Shown in pieces: positions 27,001-38,800 of a stretch of 64,000 nucleotides of DNA. The position numbers were made by a program, and so were the translations under genes. A model generated the notes under the pieces. The model was not told where the DNA came from and searched no databases. It saw only the letters and a list, made by a program, of their open reading frames with translations. The DNA is from Octopus bimaculoides (taxonomy: Eukaryota): the NCBI RefSeq assembly GCF_001194135.2, contig NC_068984.1:58090824-58154823 (forward strand), read 5' to 3'. Position 1 is the first letter of the stretch. Each line of letters begins with the position of its first letter.

Positions 27001-28871
27001 ATAAGCAGCTAATGGTAATTGGGAGAATAGACCTGATAAAATTTAGAACAAATTTGGGTGAATGATTTTTTTAGGGTTTTTGACTCCATCTTGTATACTT
27101 GGTTAAAAACTATTAAGTATAGATTATGTTAAACCTAAGTATCACACCATCTTTCTTTTAAAAACTTTGTCATCATCATATGTTTTTCCATGCTGGCATC
27201 AAAATTTCGACTCTAAAAATGATTTGTTTTTTTTTATATCTTGTTTAGATAAAATTGAGGTATGGAGTATTTAGGCTAATATATATTTGTGAGCATTTAA
27301 CTTATAATTAACATAACATTTTATTGATTTTGAATCTATTGTATTAAATAAAACTACTAAAACAGAAAAACTACAGGTATTTTATTAATATTTCTCTTTT
27401 CGTAATTAATCAGATAAAACTGATGTAGTAGTTCCTTACATATTCCTCAGTAAAAACAGGCATGCTGGATGGAAGAAGATCATAAATCCAAATGATGTAA
27501 CAGAAATAATTATAGTTATTTTAACGAAAATTGGGAGTAAAATTCAAGTTTTATAAAGTTTTATTTCATATATCACTGGAATGTTGACTTCTTTTTTTTT
27601 TAAAGTTTAAACATTGTAATCTAGCCATATATTTCTAACTCTGCAAGTGGCTTACTTTTGAGTTTGAGCTGTTTTAGATGAACACATTTCTTTACATTAC
27701 CTTAAATTCAGTTTACTAAAAACATTAGCAAATCAAGTAGTCTTAAGAAATAGTACTTTTTATTTTTATTTTGGTAATATGAATATAAATCCATTTTACA
27801 TTGGACATTTAATTTTAAAAATTGATATTGTAAGATAAAAAAATTAGGGTTAGGAGGAATTGGTTTTCCTTTTCATCTTAGATTTTAAAATATATAATTT
27901 TAATACATTTTGAGTAAATTGAGTAGATTTTAAGATATACAATTTTAATACCTTTTGAGTAAATTTAGATGTTATAGTTAAAATGTAAAATGGTATTTAT
28001 ATTTGCTCCAGTAGAATACTGTTAAGAATGTACAATGAAATGAAGTTAAGAAATTATTTATAAAATGATATTATCAGTATAAAATTACTTTCGTTCATAT
28101 AGTGATCTATTTCTCACTAAGATTTATTAGATTTTCTCTAACTACAGTTCTAGCTCGTAGAAAGAACATTAAAAATAATTCAACTTTACAATGAAAGTAA
28201 ACAAACAAAGTTTGTTCTTTTTTAGAAGCGCTAAGATGTATTGTAAGATACAGAAATAAATTTATTTCTCAAACGCGTGATAATGCTATAAATAGCATGA
28301 TCAGGATAATTTAACCATATAATGCAGAAAAATACATTGCCGGCCAGCTATGAGACTTGAACTCACATCTCTGTGATTACATGTCAAGTGTTTTACCATT
28401 AAACCAAACTGCCCAGCAACGAATTCTTCTGCAATTTTAGAACTTATAAATTTAGCTTCATAAGATGCTAATGTTAAATTCAACTTTATAAACAGTACAA
28501 CTGTTACTCCTTAAATATTTTTTTAGTGCTCCCCCCATTTATTAATGTACTAATATTTTTTATGATAGTTCTTTATTATTNNNNNNNNNNNNNNNNNNNN
28601 NNNNNNNNNNNNNNNNNNNNNNNNNNNNNNNNNNNNNNNNNNNNNNNNNNNNNNNNNNNNNNNNNNNNNNNNNNNNNNNNNNNNNNNNNNNNNNNNNNNN
28701 NNNNNNNNNNNNNNNNNNNNNNNNNNNNNNNNNNNNNNNNNNNNNNNNNNNNNNNNNNNNNNNNNNNNNNNNNNNNNNNNNNNNNNNNNNNNNNNNNNNN
28801 NNNNNNNNNNNNNNNNNNNNNNNNNNNNNNNNNNNNNAGATGCACACACATACCGCACACACACACACACA

Positions 28872-28911
<40 letters not shown>

Positions 28912-31390
28912 GAGAGGATTTTGTTATTTGAATTGTTATTATTTTCAATGTTAGTGTGAAATTCTAATTGCTATTTCCGTGGTTCCTCATTTTCATAGTC
29001 AGTGATATCCCGTTTCTCTTAAATGGGATTTCTTACAGCTATTTGGTATTATTTTATTGTAAACTGATAAGTAAAATTGGCTTGGAACAATTCTGTAAGG
29101 TATTTAAACTGATTTTGATTTTTATATTTTTCAAAACCTATTCCATTGAGCATATATTTGTGAATTAAGTATCAAAACTTCTTTCTTTTGAAATATTTCC
29201 ACTTTAATGGAATCTAGTTAATTGTCTACATCTAGAATGTCTGCTGAATAAATGGTTGCTTTATATGTTGTAAATGTGTCAGCTTACCTTGTAAAGTTTT
29301 GCTGTTTCCTATCCACTGCCATCTATTATTTTGAAGAATGATCTATCTGATCATATGCAGTTAAGAAAAACAATTTAAATGAAAAAAAAAAGTACTTTTA
29401 TAAAAGCCATGAATTTTATTGGACTGACTTTGGTGGAATGAAACTAGACTGCTAATATAAGGCTGTCTGGCTAGACCCATCAAGGGGACAAATCTATGTT
29501 TATATGTATATATTTGTTGACTTTTTTATATTGTTAAATTGTGAATAATTGTCAATGGTAAATATAACTGGAAAATTGAAATGGTTTGTAAATACTTAAA
29601 AAAAATAATCTTAAATTGATCTCTATATTTGTGTTTTTACAAATGAAAACGTATAACTATTACAAAAATAATGGCTTTCTGTTTAAAACTAACAATGCAA
29701 TGTAAAGACATTTTACATAGAATTTTCCTGTTTTACATGTGTATTTCATAATATTTGATAATACTTACACTATAATCTATGAATTCACAGTCTTCAGTGT
29801 TCTTTAAATCAAGAATGGAAAAAATATATGTAATTCTGGTCTTCTGAATCCTTGTTTCACTTTTTATGGATCTTTAAATGTTTCGAATATTTGGTTTTAT
29901 GTTATTATACTCTTGTAATTCAGGCTGTAAAAGAAGTTATTCTGCTGACAGCGATGACAATGATGATCTGTATTGTAAGTATTTAATTATTCTTTAGTTG
30001 TTTATCAGTATTTCCTAAAGTGTGATGCTGCTGTTAATATGCCAAATTTTATATGGAGTATATTTTGTACTGATGGGAATTTCTCTAACCTACACTATGT
30101 TTGCCCTAAGTTCTGATTACCTCTCCCTTGATATTTTATGTATTTTTTCTATACCCTAGGACCTTTTTACTATCAACTGACAATATTTGATCCTATTCAG
30201 CTGAGAGAGTCTTCATTTCTTAACTCTCCATGTACAACATCTTCCACTTATAAATTAGACTCCCCATGCCAAACATGCTTTGTTTCCATGAATAGCAAAT
30301 ATAAAAATGTCCTCTAATGAGGACATGATAATCTAGTCTCTTTCAACTATAAAAAGACATGATTGTTACTCATATCAAGGAAACAACCTTGTATTCTACT
30401 CTGTTTTAGTTATGGAGAATATGAACATATGATTAAAACTTTCAAAGTTACATAAAAAATCACACTTTTAAACAGTATTTTCTGATAATCCAACTTACAT
30501 AAAAACTAGCTTAAATTGAATTCTGAAGAATGGGCTTCCTCTTTGGAGTTAGAATATAGTTTAGCTGTGATCAGTTGCTGATTTCATACTAACTCTAGTA
30601 AGTTTCACAGAATACTACTCACATATCTGAGATAGTACTGCTGCCACCTATTACAAATGCATCCTAAACTGCTTCCAAAAGAGTTAATTTGTCTGATTGG
30701 AAAAATATTCACTGATGTATTACTACCTTTTGCTAAAAAATGGCATTACACTCCCTCCTATGTATATGCTCTGTGAGTGAATTTGGAAGGTAAAAACTTT
30801 TGTGTGTATGTATGTGTGTGCATGCATGCATTCATTCTCCTTTCTAACATACACTCACAAATGATGGACTTCCATACAGTTACAGTTAAAATAATGCTCT
30901 GATATATATACGAGTAAAAAATAATAAGTGCATTACCACGATGGTAACACTGTGGGTGAACACACATACACAGAGGAATACATGAACTATCTTTCTTTTT
31001 TTTCTTCTTGGGTCTTAGGACAACAGCAGCACAATGGGGTGAGAGGTTGGGGCAGAGGGGAAGGCCACACTGCTGCTAAAAACTATGACACACACACAAG
31101 CATAGACACACACAAGAACACAAACACATGTGCACATCAGGATACACATCTTAGAAGAACAGAATGGAGTAATAAACAAGTGAAGATAAAAAAATAACAA
31201 GTAAAATGACCATCCTGAAATACAACAATAGGTACAAAAATTTCATTGATAATGTTCACTTTTGGTGACACCAGCAGCGTGAAATTGTAAGGATCTTTTG
31301 GACATTGAGTAATGAAGAATTAGCTACGAATTTTCTGTTTGTTGTGTTTTTGTCAAATTTTCCTTTTGTTATGTTTCTGTCAAATTTTTG

Positions 31391-31428
<38 letters not shown>

Positions 31429-31731
31429 TCACATTATTTACATTATTTACATTTGACGGATATTTGTCCTCATTTTGTTTGTTGTTAACACAGCGTTTCG
31501 GCTGATGTACCCTCCAGCCTTCATCAGGTGTCTTGGGGAAATTTTTGAACCTGAAGGTCACTGCCTGGAATTGAACTCGGAATCTTGAGGTTAGTATTCT
31601 GCACCCTTAACCACTATGACATATGCTCATGGGCCACGGGCATATGGCGTAGTGGTTAAGAGCGCGACCTACTAACCCCAAGATTCCGAGCTCAATTCCA
31701 GGCAGTGACCTCGATAATGATAATAATAATG

Positions 31732-31762
<31 letters not shown>

Positions 31763-32538
31763 TAATAATAATAATAATGTTGTGCGGGTGGCACATAAAA
31801 TACACCATTTTGAGTGTGGCCGTTGCCAGTACCGCCTGACTGGCTTTCGTGCGGGTGACACGTAAAAGCACCCACTACACTCTCTGAGTGGTTGGCGTTA
31901 GGAAGGGCATCCAGCTATAGAAACTCTGCCAAATCAGATTGGAGCCTGGTGTTGCCATCCGGTTTCACCAGTCCTCAGTCAAATCGTCCAACCCATGCTA
32001 GCATGGAAAGCGGACATTAAACGATGNNNNNNNNNNNNNNNNNNNNNNNNNNNNNNNNNNNNNNNNNNNNNNNNNNNNNNNNNNNNNNNNNNNNNNNNNN
32101 NNNNNNNNNNNNNNNNNNNNNNNNNNNNNNNNNNNNNNNNNNNNNNNNNNNNNNNNNNNNNNNNNNNNNNNNNNNNNNNNNNNNNNNNNNNNNNNNNNNN
32201 NNNNNNNNNNNNNNNNNNNNNNNNNNNNNNNNNNNNNNNNNNNNNNNNNNNNNNNNNNNNNNNNNNNNNNNNNNNNNNNNNNNNNNNNNNNNNNNNNNNN
32301 NNNNNNNNNNNNNNNNNNNNNNNNNNNNNNNNNNNNNNNNNNNNNNNNNNNNNNNNNNNNNNNNNNNNNNNNNNNNNNNNNNNNNNNNNNNNNNNNNNNN
32401 NNNNNNNNNNNNNNNNNNNNATTTAATATTATAATTGGTTTTGCTGTTTGTCTTTATTTACATTCATTTCTTCATTGATTTCAAGTTATGTCAATTCAGT
32501 ACTCTTTTTGGGAGATGGAAACTGAAAGAAGCCTGTCG

Positions 32539-32587
<49 letters not shown>

Positions 32588-32806
32588 ATATGTTTGTGTA
32601 CTGTGTTTATCCCCCTCTACCATCACTTGACAACTGATGCTGGTGTGTTTATGTCTATGTAACTTAACGGTTTGGCAAAAGATACCAATAGAATAAGTAC
32701 TAGGTTTACAAAGAATACGTCCTGGGGGCGATTTCTTCGACTAAAGGCGATGCTCCAGCATGGCCACAGTCTAAATGACTGAAACAAATAAAAGAATACA
32801 AACAAT

Positions 32807-32846
<40 letters not shown>

Positions 32847-35800
32847 TTGCACTTTTATAATATAGTTTATATGTTTAAATACTTAGATAGAGCTAGTAAC
32901 CCAAGATAAACTGGTCAAAATTTGATTTGTATTAAACACAGATATTAATTGTTACATAGGTCATAAAGAAGTAAAAACCATTTTTATTTATTTTAACAAT
33001 CATTGATCACTTAACTGAACTCATTGTACATTGAATAACTATTGAAGCAGTCATTTGTATGTCATTTAACAATGAGTATCCATTTTCTTTACTTAATAGA
33101 TATTCTTTTCTGAATAGCTGAAACAAAAGCATAATAGCTTTATTTTTAGTTAGCAATATAGTATTTTTGTTAGAAAAAAAGTACCCCTCACCAATTCTGT
33201 TTCATCTGATGATTGTTGTTATTTAATGGGAGAAATCTTAACATAGGTGCAGGCATGGCTGCAGTCACACTGCATGGCGCCTTGGGCAAGTGTCTTCTAC
33301 TGTAGCCTTGGGCCGACCAAAGCCTTGTGAGTAGATTTGGTAGATGGAAACTGAAAGAAGCCTGTTGTATATGTATATGTTTGTGTGTCTGTGTTTGTCC
33401 CCCCACCATAGCTTGACAACTGATGTTGGTGTGTTTACATCCCTGTAACTTAGCGGTTCGGCAAAAGTGACCGACAAAATAAGTACTAGGCTTACAAAGA
33501 ATAAGTCTTGGGGTCGATTTATTTGACAAAAGGCAGTGCTCCAGCATGGCTGCAATCAAATGACTGAAACAAGTAAAAGAATATTGTGTGATTGAGGAAT
33601 ACACTGGCTAAATATGTATCTATATGCCCTTCAGATGCAAGGAAGTGTTAAAATCCCTACTTAGTACCTATCCTTTTGGGATTTTAGATTTTGGATATGA
33701 AATTATCAATTTTAAAGTATTTATATTTAAATATAAACATTCCCTTAACGTTTTACCTCTTTTATTCTTTTACTCTTTTACTTGTTTCAGTCATTTGGCT
33801 AACATTTAATTAACTTTTAAAATACCAGATTAATAATGGATTAATTAACCATTTAAAAAAAATTCCTTGAAATTCTTTATTATTGAAATATATGAGCAGT
33901 ATTTTTAATTAGAAGAGGGAAAAGAATAAACTAGCATTCATTATTTTGTAATAGAATTCCTAAAGTTTAAAAGATTAGACAAAAATTCTCAAAAGAAATA
34001 AAACTACTCTAATCCTGTGTGTGTATAAATGTTCTTGTTTTTAAACAGCTAAAAATTAGTGGCAAGAAATAGTCAGAAATAGGCAAGAAATAGTCTATTA
34101 AGAAGTTTTAAAAGAGTAAAAGATTTCTAATAGAATCTTTTTCCTGATGATGAAAGGCTATTTTCTTTTTCTAGAATAAATAATTTAACAAATTATTTAT
34201 TGGCAAATTAGCAGAGATGTTCGAGAATCTAATGGAATAACTCTTGTACCAACTATCTGTACTCTGTTGCCAAGGTCAACTTTGCCTTTCGTCCTTTCAT
34301 GGTTGATGAAAATGTACGAAGCCAGTGTAGTGGATTAGTAGAGGCATAAGAATGTTTAACCAGATGCCATGCAATAATTGTTCTGGCTGTTTGCATTCTG
34401 AATTCTAACCTTACTTGGATGGCAGACTCAATCTCTCACCCAGTTTAACATCATCATCTGGCACCTTTATAGGAGTCAAAACTGAACTGATGTCTAGTTT
34501 GAAGATATCTCCATCCCTCCCACCAGTGTTGGAGGACCACCTGTCTGTAAGCAAGAAGAAAAATAGATTATTCCAATAGTTTGTTAGAGCAGTCATTAGA
34601 GTCAACTTTTCAGACATAAATTGAAATTTATAGTTGTGAATTCACTGGTTATTATATATAGTTAACAAATTATTTATTTTGTAATCTTTCATTTCAGCTC
34701 AAAAGAAGAGAAGAAAGAGAAATAAAAGGCTTCATCAAAGAGCTCTGTCAATAGATGAACTTCTTGAAAGTCCAACTTTTAAAAAATTTGTAACATCAAT
34801 TGAATATGTGTTTGATTCTGCTGAAGATATAGATTTTGGATCTTTGGATCCAGGTAAGTAATTTTACTGGCATTCCCACTACTATTGGTGTAATATACTC
34901 TTCTTTATCTTTTATATACTAGTGATCCCTTGCAGTATGAGTTTATTTCATTCCATGACCGAGTTTGTTTTATGATTTACTCATTTTACAAACCAGTTTT
35001 CCCCATTGAAATTAATTCAAATGTAATTAATCCGTTCCAGCACCCCTAAACCACCCTAAAATCATTTTTCATGAGTTTTAAAACAGAAAAGGTGCAGTTA
35101 CAAGGAAAATGACCATTATAAAAACAATAAAAAAGAATGCAAAAGAAATATATAAACTGGTTTTATTAATTTAGTTACCTTAAAGATGGGGCAATTTGTG
35201 CACAAGGAAGACAATGGAGCAAGGAGGAGGAGGATTATTGTTTGGAAGGAGAATCTCCTTCCATTAAGACTTGAGAGGAAGAACAATTTCTGGCGTTTTT
35301 TTCTCTCTCTCATTTTGCTTAATTTAGGCTTTTTCTTCACTTTCTTCACTTTTCACACTTACAAGTTGTTTCATTAGAAACATATCAAGAGAAGTCTGCT
35401 TTTTTCTGCCTTTCAAGATGTTATGAAAATGCACCAGAGCAGTGTCATTAAATAAAGCAGCTGCACGACCTGCAGATACTTTTTCAGGATGATTTTTTTC
35501 TACAAATTCAGAAACATACTGCCACTTTGCCAACACTGCCTTTATGTCACTTGTAGAGATAGCCTTCACTGCTACAATGTCCTCCTCCAGAGAACCAATC
35601 TCTTCCACCACATCTGAAAGCTACTGCAGTTCATCTGTTAGCATTTATGTAAATGATATATAATATGACCTAAGCTTAAAATGTAATAATTGATCTAAGT
35701 TCAGTGAAAAAATATTTTTGTTTCGTAATACCTTGAAATAAGTATGTAACTTTTTATTTCATTTAAAAGTTAATCTAGCAAAGCTATATCTAAAAATGTA

Positions 35801-38800
35801 ATCCTTCTATTACTATTAAGTTAGGCAGCATCTTCTATTTTATAAATTTCTTCATTTCTTTTATTAGATGACGATGACGTTGAATGTCCACCGGAGTCAT
35901 TAATTTCTAGGCAAGTTATGTCTGAGATTTGTAGTGAAGCAGCAAAGTTGAAGTCTATGGGTGTATTCAATCAGGTAATTATGAGCATACAAGGCTATTT
36001 TTATTTTACAGCATCCATTTATAGGTTTATTCCTGATTTCTAAAGCCTGTTAGTATGCCTACCTCATCACCATCACCAAAACCATCACTATATCTTCCAT
36101 TTCCCCAGCTGATATGAGTTAGACAAGCTGTCATGTTCCATGTCAGTTCTTATTCAGAGTTACTGCCCTTCTAGATAGATCTAGAGTCATGTTTTGCTTG
36201 TATGTTCTATTTTTGGTATAGCTTCTATGATGGGATGTCTTCCTATTTATTACTAACCACTTTATTGAGTGTAATAAGTGCATTTTATGGCACTGTCATT
36301 TGAGTGGATGCCTTGTCCCCAGTAAGACCAAAGAGTTTCTTTATTCTATGTTGTCTTTGTTCAACGATTGCTTAAACATTTCTATCAATAGATAGAAAAT
36401 GTCTCTTTAACAAAAGTACATTAGATCATGATGTAGGAATGTTAGACAACATCCAGCTGGACAAAGTGTAATAAAAGAATTAATGCTTCAAAAGTGAATG
36501 TTTTGATTTGATTTGAATCTTTTGGTAACCTTCCATTCAGCTGGAAAATAGGAATTCTTCCCTTAGTCAGATAAAATAAAAACTAGACTAAATCATGATG
36601 GTTCTGTAAATAGTACATTTACAGAAAGAAGCCTCTCTATCTGTTCCTTGCTCTGTGCACTCTAAATAACTCTTGTCCAAAATTATCCTATGTTACTCTA
36701 CAAGGCTCCCCACCATATACCATACATACCAAGTACCAAGACACCTTGGGTCATTTCATACCAAAGCCACTGACCCTGACAATGTCCCTCCTGTTGCTCT
36801 TAAAAATGCACCCTAGAGTTCTTATTCTTGTCAAACTCTTCAGTCTTCTATAGGGATATATCCTGATTTTTGGAAACTCACTACAGTTTGTTCCATTCCC
36901 AAGAAGGGTAACACTTCCTACCCATTTATCATCTTGTTGGTCTTCAACATTTCAAAAGTGACAGAGACAACCAGTAACAGCAACCTTCTTCAATACCTGG
37001 AATCCGGCTTGCTCCTTAATGGCCATCAGTACAGCTTTTGTAAAACCAGATCTATTGGATACTTATTCCTTGATGTCATTTACCAGTAGGCCTCTATTCT
37101 TGAGAAACTTAGTGAAGAAAGGGATGTTGAACTTAACGTCTGCAAATTATTTAACTGGCACATGAATCTCCAATCAAAACTTTTTGTGTAAGAGTTCCAT
37201 CTATCTCTCATCTATTGTATCTGTAGCTTCCTGTCAGGTTGCACAGATATGGCATGTACAAATAGAGCTCTCTCTGACCACATTGAATTAGCTCTGATGT
37301 GCCCGAGACTTGGTTTTTGTCCCTCTCACTATCCCTTTTTATACATCAACAACCTACTTGTAACCTCCAACAACACCCACTCCTATGCAGATGATATCAA
37401 ACTTTATTCCTTCCTAAACTTCCACACTCGTGCATCATCCATGTGCAACCGAATGTCGATTCAATGTAGTTATGGCAGTCTTCCTTCAATAGCACAAAGG
37501 TAATTACTACACACACATAGCAAAAAAACAATGTTATAACCCTCCTCCTCCAAAATATAAAAAAAAGCCCCCAAAAAACTGACATTAAACAGCTAGAACC
37601 TTGAAAGTCACTACCATCACCTGGAGAATGCACACCCTCAACATAAGAAAGATTGTTTCACGACTCATTTTCTTCAGATGAAGAAAATAGCACCTACTAC
37701 TCAGCTACTATAAAGTTTCTCACCAACACATTCCATCTTGTGGTTCACAGATAGACCGCTTTATCACTACTATAGCATTCTCTGCTCCATTTGGTTAGTT
37801 TGTCACATACCACCTTCATTTAGCTTGACTCACTTATGTCTTTCCTTTTTCATCCTCCATATTGTATCAACCCCCACTGGACTTTTACACTAACTACTGT
37901 GCCATACAGTACAAAATATTAAGTTTTGTACTGTACGGCATAGTTGTTAGTTAATTAAGGAAGCAAGCTGGCAGAAATGTTAGCACAGCAGGTGAAATGC
38001 TTAGTGGTATTTCATCTGTCTTTATGTTCTGAATTCGAATTCCGCCGAGGTCAACTTTGCCTTTCATCCTTTTGAGGTTGATAAATTNNNNNNNNNNNNN
38101 NNNNNNNNNNNNNNNNNNNNNNNNNNNNNNNNNNNNNNNNNNNNNNNNCAGGCCTTGTGCCTAGAGTAGAAAAGAGTACAAAATATTAATTCTCTAGAAA
38201 TCCCTCTCTGACTATATTTTCCTGCACCAATTCAAGAGGAACTCTCTTATTTCTGACCAAACCACAAACGAAAAAAATAGATGAACTTTTGCATATCTCA
38301 GACTACCTACTTTTTATTGACATATTTAGGCAGAATACAAATAAATATTTCTTTTCATGACTTTCAAAATCACTTCTTATATTAGAGCAATATATCAATA
38401 GCTTTGGCTTGATTGATACTGGTTTCCTGTAAAAAAAATTGTCTACTTTGCTTTTTAATTAAAAAATTATTGAAATTAAAATAATAGAGTAAAAATGTGT
38501 TAACTTATATTTTTTCTTTTCCTTTTTCTTGTAGATCCCTGATGATAAACTTGTGAGATTATTGGCTATTTTACAATGGAATGTTCGAGATGGCATCAAA
38601 TTAACTCCAAATATAAACCAGGTATAGTTTTCAAAGATGCATTGATTCTGATAGTTATGTAAATTTTCTGCTTGCCTCACCTTTGGTACTGTACCATCAC
38701 CTATTCTTTTCTCTTGAATTATTTAATATTTATCAGTATAAAAGTTCATTTATTTAAAGTGATGCATTTGATATTACATGACCTTCAATTATTTTTTTTA

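Noticed and set aside
27249-27259. Possible 11-nt microexon (tttag|ATAAAATTGAG|gtatgg)
   Set aside because: Would shift the frame and cause an early stop; such signals are common by chance in AT-rich introns. A poison-exon role cannot be supported without RNA data.
31382-31550. 12-bp direct repeat AAATTTTTGAAC flanking the (TA)n plus hammerhead segment, as a possible TSD
   Set aside because: The right copy lies between the tRNA head and the ribozyme and looks internal to the element. The low-complexity word could be chance; an empty-site comparison is needed.
31715-31778. Poly-Y/H or poly-L ORFs and any CRISPR-like array interpretation
   Set aside because: Simple (TAA)n microsatellite. No repeat-spacer arrays or prokaryotic gene organisation anywhere in the window.
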